A stretch of 64,000 nucleotides of DNA from Mobula birostris (lineage: Eukaryota), in the NCBI RefSeq assembly GCF_030028105.1, contig NC_092370.1, positions 119,934,221 to 119,998,220 on the forward strand, read 5' to 3'. The notes below the pieces were generated by a model that saw nothing but the letters and a program-made list of their open reading frames with translations, was not told the origin of the DNA and ran no database searches. Shown piece after piece: positions 26,431 through 39,700 of this stretch. The position numbers and the translations under genes are program-made. Positions within the stretch are counted from its first letter, which is position 1, and every line of letters starts with the position of its first letter.

Positions 26431-27054
26431 AATCGCTGGCTGTATCTCTGGGACTAGATGATCATGGGTTGGGCTGAAGGGCCTTGATCATGCTATGACA
26501 CCATGACTACTTGCCACACTATTATGCTGACACAGGGCTGCAGGGCATGGCAGTGCAAAGTGACCAAAGTAGTCACTGTTGCAAACAGACAGTTCCCAAG
26601 AATAATCCCAGAACTAAGTGGCAATGTTAAACAGTCTTTAAAGTTGACAAGATAAGTTTGGAAAAAAAATATTTCCACTTTTGAGGGTGTTTGGTCAATG
26701 TAAAAGACATCATTGAATTTAGGAGAAACTTCTTTAGCTAGAGGGCAGTGAGAACATGGAATTCGCTCCTGCAAAGTGGTCGTCTTATTGTAAGGCAGTG
26801 GCAGGTACTTATCAAGTCAACTTGAATTTATTGTCATTTGCGCCATTTTGGTAATGTACAGGTACGGTGTAAAACTTGATTGCAACGGCATCACAGGCAT
26901 GTACAGTACATTATGTACATTAGACATGTGCATATATTAGTGTCCATATTTTGGAGTCTGTTGAGGCATCTGGTGTGACTGATGCACATGTACACTAGAG
27001 TAGTTGAGGTGAGTTGTGCCAGTGCATATAAGAGAAAGGTAGGCCATTAATAAT

Positions 27055-27350
27055 AAGGACACAAGAAAGTAAGAGCAGGAGTGGCCACCAAGCCCCTCAA
27101 GCCTGCTCCCAATTCAATATGATCATGGCTGATCTCTGATGGCCTCACCTTTTCTTCTGTGTCAGTTCCTTTTAACCCTCTGTTCCCTGATCTTTCAAAT
27201 ATTTATCAGTCTCCACCTTAAATATACCTAAAAATCTGGCTTCCATCACCTTCAAGGGCAGATAATTGCAAAGATTCACTACCCCCTAGAGAAAAGAAAT
27301 TTCTCAGTACCTCTGTGTTACATAACTAGTCCCTTATTTTGCAATTCTGT
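27055..27350 (-). mobile_element. Old CR1 3' fragment
   Basis: Tail similar to other CR1 3' ends (taagagcaggagtggcc...gatcatggctgatct). Confidence 0.6.
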
Positions 27351-28064
27351 CCCCTTTTCACACCTAATTCAGGATATTCCAAAATGTTTTACAGGCAAGG
27401 AAGTACCCAAGTTTCAACTGCAGTTTATGCCACAGATTCTCTCAACAAAAATTTTCATATGTACACTGCCAAGCCTGAGATAGTCTTACTTCCTCAAGAT
27501 ATAGTGCAGATGTCTCATTGCTGGCACAGATTCCTAGTTAGTGCGCTCATTGTTGCAATCAATCCTTGTTTATACTGCTGATCTACTCTTGAGCACAGCC
27601 TTAGGGAAGACGAGCGTCTGCTTCCCCCATCTTTTGTAAACAATCTTGCACCATAGTTGGCTTACAGAATGTTCTATTTTACTTTCAAAAATGAGATAAA
27701 TTTGATGTTTTTGTTCCTTCCCTGTTCTTGGCAGTTCCTGGCCTCCATAACATACACTCTAAGCAAAATCTTTCTTTTCAGTTCAACAGCTTTCCCTTCT
27801 GTGCATTTGATTCTGACTGAGATTTATCAAGGCAGCTAAGAAAGGGAGAGTTTTGCCCAGCTCCAGGTATTTTTAATTACTTTTTCTCATATAAGTTTTA
27901 CTACCAAGCCTGTCTCTGATTGCCTCAAGATAGTGAGCAGTGAGCCACTGCAGAAAGTGCAGAGACGTTTGTGCAGCAGTTGATACAACCTGCAAAACTC
28001 ACCATGTGCAGAGATGTAGATGGATTTCTTCCTTCAGAGGGCTGTGAACTTTTGGGACTTTCAG

Positions 28065-28710
28065 AATCAGATTTAATATCACTGGCATATATTGTGAAAT
28101 TTGTTGTTTTGCAGTAGCAGTACATTGCAATACACGGTAATAAGAACTATAAATTACCATAAGAAATATATATATTTAAAAAGTAGTGCAAAAAGAGGTG
28201 GAAAAATACTAAGGAAGTTTTCAAGGGTTCATTGTCCATTTAGAAATCTGATGGCAGAGGGGAAGAAGTTGTTCCTGAAATGTTGAGTGTGTGTTTTCAG
28301 GCTCCTATGCCGCCTCCTTGATGGTAGCAATGAGAAGAGGGTATGTCCTAGGTGATGGGGGTCCTTAATGATGGATACTGCCTTTTTGGGGCATTGCCTT
28401 TTGAAGGTGTCCTGGATGCTGGAGAGGTTAGTGCCCATGATGAAAATGGCTGACTTCACAACTTTTTGCAGCTTTTTTCAATACTGTACAGTGGCCCTTA
28501 CATACCAGACGGTGATGCATCAGTTCGAACGCTCTCCACAGTACAACTGTAGAAATTTGCGAGTGTCTTTAGCGATGTACCAATTCTCCTCAAACACCTA
28601 ATGAAATATAGCCACTGTCATGCCTTCTTTGTAATTGCATCAATGTGTTGGGCTCATGATAGATCCTCAGAGACGTTGACACCCAGGAACTTGACACTGC
28701 TCACACTTCC
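28065..28710 (-). mobile_element. Rex1/Babar-like LINE 3' fragment
   Basis: ORF 28229-28459: KAVSIIKDPHHLGHTLFSLLPSRRRHRSLKTHTQHFRNNFFPSAIRFLN. Confidence 0.8.
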
Positions 28711-29459
28711 TTCAAAGAGCTGTAAAAGCAGAGCCAGTGAATGCGTGCGTTCAGGACTAAAGCAGACTACCTTTTGATCCAAAAGGAGTTGAGAATCCTG
28801 GTGAATAAACTGAAAAGTGGTGTTGAGGTCATGATCACACTAGCCATAATCTTGTTGAACAACTGAACATACTCAAAGGCTTAATACCTATTCTTCCTCC
28901 TATATCTTATGTACTCAAGAATTGGCCACGTTGCTGCGGTGTGAAGTCAGACTGGTAAGGGTGAGCAAGCTTCCTCCTCTAAAAAAGTGCAGTGAAACTC
29001 TTCAGATTTTAAAAGAATTCCATTAGTTTCATTCTGTCATTGCCGATATTAGCTCTTTAATTCATGTGTAAATTAACTGGATTCAATCCAAACTTCTATG
29101 TGAGATTAGGACTCTAAAAACTCTAGGTATTAGTTACTATATCTCTGGTCTATTAAACTTCTTGATTATTAGTCCAACTAAAAAAAAAGTTATAAAACTG
29201 TATCCAAATGAATTTGAGAATCCTTCCATAGATAAGGGCAGTTAGAATAGTTCCTCCTGTATTCAACCCTGACCTTGGGCGCTGTTTGTGCAGAGTTTAC
29301 AGATTCTTTCTATCATAGGTTTCTGCTCACATTCCAAAAAATGTCTTAATTAGCCACTATAAATTACCTGTGGTGTGTGTGAGTGATCGGAGATTTGAAG
29401 CAAATTGATGGGTCTGTGGAGGGGATCTGAAGTAAAATAAGGAGAGGAGGAATAGATCT

Positions 29460-29870
29460 GATAGCATCTCCGGGAGGTCCCTCAAGAAGGCAGCGCCTAT
29501 CATTCAAGGGTTACCACCATCCAGGCCATGTGCTCTTCTTAATGCTTCTGTCAGGTAGGAGGATACAGAAGTCTGAATTCCCACACCACCAGGTTCAGGA
29601 ACAGCTACTTTCCCACAATCATCAGGTTCCTGAACCATCCTGCACAAACCCTAACCTTGCCTCAGCAACAGAAAATTATGGATCACATCATGCACTACAT
29701 GGTTCTCTGTTGAGTCTTATTTTTTGTACCAAGGTCTTTTGTTTTCTCTCTTAATTGCCTTGTATAATTTATATTCTGTGTGTTGTCTGTACCTACGTGC
29801 CAATGATGCTGTGGCGAGCAAGTTTCTCATCGTTCTTGTGTACATGACAATTAACTCCACTTGACCTGAC
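29460..29870 (+). mobile_element. Rex1/Babar-like LINE 3' fragment
   Basis: LKKAAPII..HHPGHVLF..LSGRR..TTRFRNSYF-like decayed frame plus tail. Confidence 0.7.
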
Positions 29871-30489
29871 TTGGATAAGTCCCCAGGAGCCAGAATGGAT
29901 CCGATGGACTAAATGGCCTTCTCCTGTGTTATAAAGTGTATCAAATGTACTTTTGTAAATGGAAGGGTTGAGCCTTTTAGTTGCCGAAGCTCTTTAAACA
30001 GCTGCAGCAGGTTTTAAGTTTTCTCTTTCCCCTATAGCCAGCTTGGTATGCAGACAGGAACTCAGCATGAATGCTGTTGGCTTCACCCCAGATAATTCTG
30101 GTGGGATCAATCCCATTGATCCCGTGACACAAACTGGTGGGATCTGCCCAGCAAATACATCCGTCGCAGTTGGGAATTTCGAATATTTTTTAAGTGTTTT
30201 CTGATTTTGCTTCACCTCTGGCTTTTTGGAAAACCTTACCACAGAGAAGGAGGCTATTGAACCAGTCATAATGGTGCCAGTTCTTTGAAGAAATCCTCCA
30301 GTCCAGCAACCCCCGCTTTCCCTCAGGAGTCTGGTAGACTGCAGTTCTGAGGATTCATACTTTTAAATTGATACTCATTTCTCATCGTCACATGTAGTGA
30401 GATACAGGGAAAGACTGAATGCCATCCAGGCAAATAATGTCATATATAATTACATCAAGGTGATAAAAAAGAAAACAGATTGCTGAATC

Positions 30490-33400
30490 TGTTGTTACAG
30501 AGGAAGGGCTCCTTAGAGACCATGTTAAGGAAATGGAGCCGTAGCTTGATGATCTTTGGCAATGAGGAGATGATAAGAGCTACAGGAAGGTAGTCACCCC
30601 TAATTTGCAGGGGGCAGGTACATGAGTGACTGTCAGAAGAGGGAGAGAGAATAAGCAGTGCTGTGGCCCTTCCCCTCAATAATAAGTATATCACTTTGGA
30701 TACTGTTGGGGGGGGAATGACCTACCAGGGAGAAGCCACAGCAAACAGGTCTGTGGCACTGAATGCGGCCCTGTGGAAGAGAAGGGAGAAGAAGAAGTGT
30801 GCAGTAGTGATAGGGGATTCCATAGTTAGAGAGCGTAGAGGAGATTCTGTGGATGTCAACAGGACACCTGGATGGTATTTTGCTTCCCAGGTACCAGGGT
30901 CAGGGACGTCTCGCAGCATTCTGAAGGAGGTGGGTGAGCAGCCGGAAGTCGTGGTGCATATTGGTACCAACAACATCGGTGGAGAATGGAAGGAGGTCCT
31001 GAAGAGAGAATAGAGGGAGTTAGGTAGAATGCTGAAAAGCAGGACCTCCAGGGTAGTAATCTCTGGATTGCTGCCTGTATGTCACGCCAGTGAGGGTAAG
31101 AGTAGGATGATTTGCCAAATGAATGTGCGGCTGAGGAACTGGTGCAGAGGGCAGGATTTCAGATTTCTGGATCACTGGGATTTCTTCTGGGGAAGATAGG
31201 ACCTGTACAAAAGGATGGATTATACCTGAACCTGAGGGGAACCAATATCCTTGCAGACAAGTTTGTGAGAGCTGTTGAGGAGGGTTTTAAACTAATATGA
31301 CAGGGCGATGGGAACCAGACTAACAGGGCAGAGAATGGAGCAATTGGTACACAAGTAGATGTAGTGTGTAGTGAGGCTGTGAGGAAGGACAGACAGATTA
31401 TAGGCAAAACTGCAGTCAGTGGGATGAGTTGTAATGTGGGGGAAAAATTGAAAAGGGTGATGAATATAGGACTGAAGGTGTTATATTTGAATGCATGCAG
31501 TATATGGAATAAGGTAGATGATATTGTAGTGCAATTAAGAGATTGACGGATATGACATTGTGACACTGAGTCATGGCTGAAAGAAGATCTGTGTTGGGAG
31601 CTTACCATCTGAGAATACACTTTGTATTGAAAGGACAGGCAGGTAGGCAGAGGGGGTGGGGAGGTTCTATTGGTAAAAAATGAAATCAAATCCTGTGAAA
31701 GAAGTAAGATAGGACCGGAAGATGCAGAATCTTTGTGGGTAAAGTTAAGAAATGGCAGTGGTAAAAAGACTGTGATGGGAGTTATATACAGGCCTTCAAA
31801 TAGTACACAGGATGTGGGATACAAATTATAACAGCAGATAGAAAATGCATGTAAAAAGAGCAATGTTATGATAGTAATAGGGGTTTTCAATGCGCAGGTA
31901 AATTAGGAAAATCAGGTTGGTGCTGGATCCCAAGAGATGGAATTTGTAGAATGCCTACGAGATGGCTTTTTAGAGCAGCCTGTGGTTGAGTCCACTAGGT
32001 GAAAGGCAATTCTAGATTGGGTGTTTTGTAATGAACCAAATTTGATTAGGGAGCTTGAGGTAAATGAATGCTGAGGAGGCAGTGATCATAATTTGATGGA
32101 TTACACGCTGCAATTTGAGAGGGAGAAGCTAAAGTCAGTATCAATATTACAGTGAAGTAAAGGGAGGCATGAGAGAGGAACTGGCCAAAGGTGTTTGGAA
32201 GGGGACAGCAGGACAACAATGGTTGGACTTTCCAGGGGCAATTCGTAATGCATAGGACAGATATATCTCAATGGTGAAGATGTATTCTAAAGGGAGGTTG
32301 AGGTAATTATGGCTGACAAGGGAAGTCAAAGACAGCAAAAAAGCAAGAGTACAATATAGTGGGAAGTTCGAGGATTAGGAAGTTTTTTAAACCACAGAAG
32401 GCAACTGAAAAGTGAGGAGAGAAAAGATGAAATAGGAAGGGAAGCTAGCCAATAATATAAAAGAGAACACCAAAAGATTTTTTTTTTCAAGTATTTAAAG
32501 AGTAAAAGAGAGGCGGGAGTGGATATCAGACCACTGGAAAATGATACTAGAGAGGGAGTCATTGGGGACAAACAAATGGTGGAGGAACTTAATAAGTATT
32601 TTGCGTCAGTCTTCACTATGGATGACATGAGCAGTGTGCCAGAAATTTAAGAGTGTCAGGAGGCAGAAGTAAGTGTTGTCGCTATTAATAAGAGAAGGTG
32701 CTTGGGAAGATGAGAGGTCTGAAGGTAGGTACTGTAAATCACCTGGACCAGATGGAGTACACCCCAGGGTTCTGAAAGAGGTAACTGAAGAGATTGTGGA
32801 GACATTAGTAATGATCTTTCAAGAATCACTAGATTCTGGAATCGTTCTAGAGGACTGGAAAATTGCAAATGTCACTCCACTACGTAAGACGAGAAAGAGG
32901 CAGAGAATGGAAATTATCACCCAGTTAGCCTGACTTCAGTGGTTGGAAAGATGTTAGGGGGCATTGTTAAGGATGAGGTTTTGGGGTTCTTGGAGGCACG
33001 TGATAAAGTAGGCCAAAGTCAGCATGCTTTCTTTGAGGGGATATCTTGCCTGACAAATCTGTTGCGATTCTTTGAGGAAATAACAGGCAGAGTAAACAAA
33101 GGATGTTATTTACATGAATTTTTAGAAGGCCTTTGACAAAGTGCCACACATTAAGCTGCTTAACAAGATAAGAGCCCATGGTATTGCAGAAAAGACATGA
33201 ACGTGGACGGAAGATTGGCTGACCTGCAGTGGTTGGCTCCCAGTGACTAGTGTTGTTCTGCAGGGATCAGTGTTGGGACCACGTCTCTTCACATTTTATA
33301 TCAATGATTTGGATGATGGAATTGCTTGCATTGTGGCAAAGCTTGCAGGTGATACGAAGACAGGTGGAGGAGCAAGTAGTGTTCTGGAAGTGGGAAGTTG

Positions 33401-34262
33401 GGAGAAGGACTTAGACAGACTGTGATAACGGTCAAAGAAGTGGCAGATGGATTATAGTGTAGGAAAGTATATGGTCTTCCACTTCAGTGGAAGGAATAAA
33501 GGTGTAGACTATTTTCTAAATAGAGAAATAGAGGAAAATTCTCTAATTGGAGAGAAAATACAAAAATCAGAGGTGCAAAGTGTCTTTGGAGACCTTGTGT
33601 AGGATTCCCTAAAGGTTAACTTGCAGGTTAAGGCAGTGGAAAGAGAGGCAGATGCATTCATTTAAAGAGGTCTAGAATATAAGGGCAAAGATGTGATGCT
33701 GAGGCTTTATAAGGCATTTGTCAGATTGCACTTGGAGTATTGTGAGCAGTTTTGGGCCATTTATCTAAGAAAATATGTGCTAGCGTTGAAGAGTGTCCAG
33801 AGGAAGTTTATGAGAATGATTCTAGGAATGAATGGGTTAACGTATGAGGGGCATTTGATGGTTCTGAGCCTGTACTCACCTGGAGTTTAGGAGAATATTT
33901 GAATCAAATATTGAAAGGTCTGGATAGAGTTGGATGTAGGGAAGATGTTTTATATATTGGGTGGGAGTAGGACCAGGGGGCACAGCGTGACATTCATTTA
34001 GAATGGAGTTGAGGAGGAATTTCTTCAGCCAGAGGGTAGTGATTCTGTGGAATTAATTACTGCAGGTGGCTATGGAGGCCAAATTATTGAGTATATTTAA
34101 AGCAGAGGTTGATAGGTTCTTGATTAGATAGGGCGTCAAAGGTTATGGGAAGAAGGCAGGAGAATGAAGTTGGGGGGGATAATAAATCAGCCATGATGGA
34201 ATGATGGAGCAGATTTGATAGGCCAAATGGCCTAATTCTGCTCCAATGACTTATGGTCTTAT
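30490..34262 (+). mobile_element. Near full-length decayed CR1 LINE (ORF1 SGNH/esterase-like domain plus ORF2)
   Basis: ORF1 motifs VIGDSIVR, VVHIGTNN, DGLYLN; ORF2 [40 protein letters not shown]; 3' tail cttatggtcttatg. Confidence 0.92.
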
Positions 34263-36117
34263 GTGCAGTGAAGGTAAACAAACAAATTATAAAAGCCAAG
34301 ACAAGGTAGATTGGGAGATAAAAGAGTTCAACCTTTATCATATGAAAGGACTATTCAAGAGTCCAATAACAGTGGGATAGAGGATATCCTTGAGCTGGTA
34401 GAACATGCTCTCAAGCTTTTGTGTCCTCTGTTTGATGAAGGGAAGAGAGAATGGCCAGGTAGGAGGGCCATTGATTAGGTTAGCCGCTCTCCTGAAGCAG
34501 TGGGAAGTATATGCAGTTAATGGACAAAGGGTTCATCATTGTTAGATGACACAGTTAGTCAGAGCCACTGCCTCATAGTGACTGAGGTCTGGGTTGAATT
34601 GTGACCTCCCTTGCCGTGTGGAGCTTGCATGGTCTCTCCAGTTTCTTCCCTCATCTGAAAGACATTTGGGTTACTTGGCTAATTGACCACTGTAAATAGC
34701 CCCTAGTATATAGTTGAGTGGTAGAATCTGGGTAGGAGTGGGGGAATTGATGTAGGATTCATGCAAAAATGTTGGTGATTGGTACAGACTGTTTTAGTGC
34801 CTCATCTTTCCATGTCTGTGTATATTAAAGGAGAAGTGCAAAAGCTTTAAGACGGGTTTTGAAAGCTGAATTATAATTGCCATGGGCCTGGTGTTAGAAG
34901 CCTGGGGCAGCCCAGAAGGTAGAAATTGCAGTCGGGGTCCTGGCTGGTTTTATTGACAAGGCAAAGAGGAAGCTCTACACCATGATGAGATCTTGTTGGA
35001 CTTGGAGCCAAAACACACAGAAGGTAAACTGTTACAAGTTAGGATTCAAGCAGCATCGTTTAAAACCAGTTGATCAGAATTCTGCATTTAACGTACTGAT
35101 GTTTCTTCATACTTCTTAAAAATTCTTCATCAGGTATGAAAGGAACTAATTTTCACTGCCATGGCTAATATTAAACCTTGGCAGCCACAATAGTATTCCA
35201 CTAAGAAACCTTTTGGCAACTGGCTTCCCTTCCTCATTAAAATCAAAAACAAGTTTACTAGTAGTTTATTTCAGGCAGAAACTAGAGCAACTGTTGAATA
35301 ATGGAGCTTATTTTATGAAAGTTTGTTTTCGTCTTCAGCATTTTATGAAAATTTGTTTTCCTCTTCAAGATAATGCATCACCAGAATTAAAGGCAGGAGT
35401 TTCATTTTCCAAGTACTGTTAGGGTTTGTTTAGATGAAATTTAAACAAATGTTCTATCAAGTCTGACTCAAGGTGGCAAAATAACCCATCATGTGGTTTT
35501 ACACTGCAGCCAAACACATGCAAAACACATCACCCTTAATCCGTGAAGTTATGGACTATCACATAAATAAGCAAGAGCAGAAAATGACAGGCATTCTGCA
35601 GGAAGTGAGGACATGAAAGTGCAAACTTTAGTGTGTGAATAGCAGGAAGATAGGCCATTCAGCCCATCACCAGTTTCCCCTCAGATCATTGTTTATCCTG
35701 TTAGATCTAGAGACAATGTTGTCCAGAAGATTCACTTTGCATGTCAAGAATGAAGTGCAAATCTTATAATTGCAACCATTTTGTTAGAGCTTATTAAAAT
35801 AGAAGTCAGGGAGTGTCACTCATACCAGTTTGCATATAAAATGAAGTAACAAAGAACCTCATGCTCTTCCTTTCGACTGAAAACCCACCTAAAGTGGTTA
35901 GATGAGGGAATCTAACGCAAAAGGTGCTGTCTGAGTTACACTTCAGTTTTACAAATGAAGAAACTGCATAAGTATAGAGCCAAACAGGTGATTATACAAA
36001 CATACAAGCAAGTATAAAGCTAAAGATACAATATAATGATTTGGACCCCAATCCAACACCATTTTCCCCTTAAATCTGTTACTGCTGTTCCACTCAACTA
36101 CAGCCAGGTTCCACTGT

Positions 36118-36691
36118 TATAGAACACCACAGCACTGAAACAGACTCATTAGCCCATCTAGTTTATGCTGAACCATTAATCTGCCAGTCCCACAAACCTG
36201 CACCCAGATCATAGCTCTCCTTATCCCTCCCATCCATACACCTATCCAAATTTCTCTTAAGTACTGAAATCAAACCCTTGCACTGGCAGCTTGTTCCACA
36301 CTTTCATCACCTTCTGAGTGAAAAAGTTCTCCCTCATTGTACACATTAAACATTTCACCTTTCACCCCTAACACATGACCTCTAGTTGTAGTCTCACCCA
36401 AACTCAATGGAAAAAGCCTGCTTACATTTACCCTTTCTGTATCTTCATCATTTTGTATACCTCTATTAAATCTCCCCTTAATCTTCTACATTCTAGGAAA
36501 TAGTGTCTTAACCTATTCGACTTTTCCCAATAATTCAGGTCCTCAAGTCCCAGCAACATCCTTGTAAATTTTGTCTGCACGCTTTCAATCTTATTTGCAT
36601 CTTTCCTGTAGGTAGGTGACACAATACTCCATATTAGGCTGCACCAACATCTTATACAATTTCAATGTAACATCCCAATTCATGTACTCAA
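36118..36691 (-). mobile_element. Older CR1 3' part (host of the nested insertions; continues at ~40835-42440)
   Basis: ORF 36428-36622: [15 protein letters not shown]; CR1 3' tail near 36120. Confidence 0.8.
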
Positions 36692-36742
36692 TACAGTGCC
36701 TAGAAAAGGTATTCGCCCCCTTGGAAGTTTTCATGTTTTATT

Positions 36743-39700
36743 AACATAGAACATAGAATAGTACAGCACAGTACAGGCCCTTCGGCCCACAATGTTGTGC
36801 CGACACTCAAACCCTGCCTCCCATATAAGCCCCCACCTTAGATTCCTCCATATACCTGTCTAGTAGTCTCTTAAACTTCACTAGTGTATCTGCCTCCACC
36901 ACTGACTCAGGCAATGCATTCCACGCACCAACCACTCTCTGAGTAAAAAACCTTCCTCTAATATCCCCCTTGAACTTCCCACCCCTTACCTTAAAGCCAT
37001 GTCCTCTTGTATTGAGCAGTGGTGCCCTGGGGAAGAGGCGCTGGTTATCCACTCTATCTATTCCTCTTATTATCTTGTACACCTCTATCATGTCTCCTCT
37101 CATCCTCCTTCTCTCCAAAGAGTAAAGCCCTAGCTCCCTTAATCTCTGATCATAATGCATACTTTCTAAACCAGGCAGCATCCTGGTAAATCTCCTTTGT
37201 ACCTTTTCCAATGCTTCCACATCCTTCCTATAGTGAGGTGACCAGAACTGGACACAGTACTCCAGGTGTGGCCTAACCAGAGTTTTATAGAGCTGCATCA
37301 TTACATCGCGACTCTTAAACTCTATCCCTCGACTTATGAAAGCTAACACCTCATAAGCTTTCTTAACTACCCTATCCACCTGTGAGGCAACTTTCAGGGA
37401 TCTGTGAACATGTACCCTGAGATCCCTCTGCTCCTCCACACTACCAAGTATCTTGCCATTTACTTTGTACTCTGCCTTGGAGTTTGTCCTTCCAAAGTGT
37501 ACCACCTCACACTTCTCCGGGTTGAACTCCATCTGCCACTTCTCAGCCCACTTCTGCATCCCATCAATGTCTCTCTGCAATCTTTGACAATCCTCTACAC
37601 TATCTACAACACCACCAACCTTTGTGTCATCTGCAAACTTGCCAACCCACCCTTCTACCCCTACATCCAGGTCGTTAATAAAAATCACGAAAAGTAGAGG
37701 TCCCAGAACAGATCCTTGTGGGACACCACTAGTCACAATCTTCCAATCTGAATGTACTCCCTCCACCACCACCCTCTGCCTTCTGCAGGCAAGCCAATTC
37801 TGAATCCACCTGGCCAAACTTCCCTGGATCCCATGCCTTCTAACTTTCTGAATAAGCCTACCGTGTGGAACCTTGTCAAATGCCTTACTAAAATCCATAT
37901 AGATCATATCCACTGCACTACCCTCATCTATATGCCTGGTCACCTCCTCAAAGAACTCTATCAGGCTTGGTAGACACGATCTGCCCTTCACAAAGCCATG
38001 CTGACTGTCCCTGATCAGACCATAATTCTCTAAATGCCTATAGATCCTATCTCTAAGAATCTTTTCCAACAGCTTTCCCACCACAGACATAAGGCTCACT
38101 GGTCTATAATTACCTGGACTATCCCTACTACCTTTTTTGAACAAGGGAACAACATTCGCCTCCCTCCAATCCTCCGGTACCATTCCCGTGGACAACGAGG
38201 ACATAAAGATCCTAGCCAGAGGCTCAGCAATCTCTTCTCTCGCCTCGTGGAGCAGCCTGGGGAATATTCCGTCAGGCCCCGGGGACTTATCTGTCCTAAT
38301 GTATTTTAACAACTCCAACATCTGCTCTCCCTTAATATCAACATGCTCCAGAACATCAACCTCACTCATATTGTCCTCACCATCATCAAGTTCCCTCTCA
38401 TTGGTGAATACCGAAGAGAAGTATTCATTGAGGATCTCGCTCACTTCCACAGCCTCCAGGCACATCTTCCCACCTTTATCTCTAATCGGTCCAACCTTCA
38501 CTCCTGTCATCCTTTTTTTCTTCATATAATTGAAGAATGCCTTGGGGTGTTCCTTTACCCTACTCGCCAAGACCTTCTCATGCCCCCTTCTTGCTCTTCT
38601 CAGCCCCTTCTTAAGCTCCTTTCTTGCTTCCCTATATTCCTCAATAGAACCATCTGATCCTTGCTTCCTAAACCTCATGTATGCTGCCTTCTTCCACCTG
38701 ACTAGATTTTCCACCTCACTTGTCACCCATGGTTCCTTCACCCTACCATTCTTTATCTTCCTCACCGGGACAAATTTATCCCTTACATCCCGCAAGAGAT
38801 CTCTAAACATCAACCACATGTCCATAGTACATTTCCCTGCAAAAACATCATCCCAATTCACACCCGCAAGTTCTAGCCTTATAGCCTCATAATTTGCCTT
38901 TCCCCAATTAAGAATTTTGCTGTCCTCTTTGATTCTATCCTCTTCCATGATAATTATAAAGGCCAGGGAGCAGTGGTTACTGTCCCCCAGATGCTCATCC
39001 ACTGAGAGATCTGTGACCTGACCCGGTTCATTACCTAGTACTAGATCTCGTATGGCATTCCCTCTGGTTGGCCTGTCCACATACTGTGACAGGAATCCAT
39101 CCTGGACACTCTTAACAAATTCTGCCCCATCTAAACCCTTGGAACTAATCAGGTGCCAATCAATATTAGGGAAGTTAAAGTCACCCATGATAACAACCCT
39201 GTTATTTTTGCACCTTTCCAAAATCTGCCTCCCAATCTGCTCCTCTGTATCTCTGCTGCTACCAGGGGGCCTATAGAATACCCCCAGTAGAGTAACTGCT
39301 CCCTTCCTGTTCCTGACTTCCACCCATATTGACTCAAAAGAGGATCCTGCTACATTACCCACCCTTTCTGTAGCTGTAATAGTATCCCTGACCAGTAATG
39401 CCACCCCCCCTCCCCTTTTTCTGCCCTCTCTATCCCTTTTAAAGCACTGAAATCCAGGAATATTGAGAATCCATTCCTGCCCTGGTGCCAGCCAAGTCTC
39501 TGTAATGGCCACTACATCATAATTCCATGTATGTATCCAAGCTCTCAGTTCATCATCTTTGTTCCTGATGCTTCTTGCATTGAGGTACACACATTTCAGT
39601 CCTTCTACCTTACTGTCTTTACACCCTTTATTCTGCTTCTCTTTCCTCAAAGCCTCTCTGTATGTTAGATCTGGCTTTACTCCATGCACTTCTTTCACTG

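Noticed and set aside
31159-31890. 243-aa minus-strand ORF as a novel protein
   Set aside because: It is antisense to a decayed CR1 and has no recognisable motifs; the short ORFs opposite 36807-39698 are the same kind of shadow.
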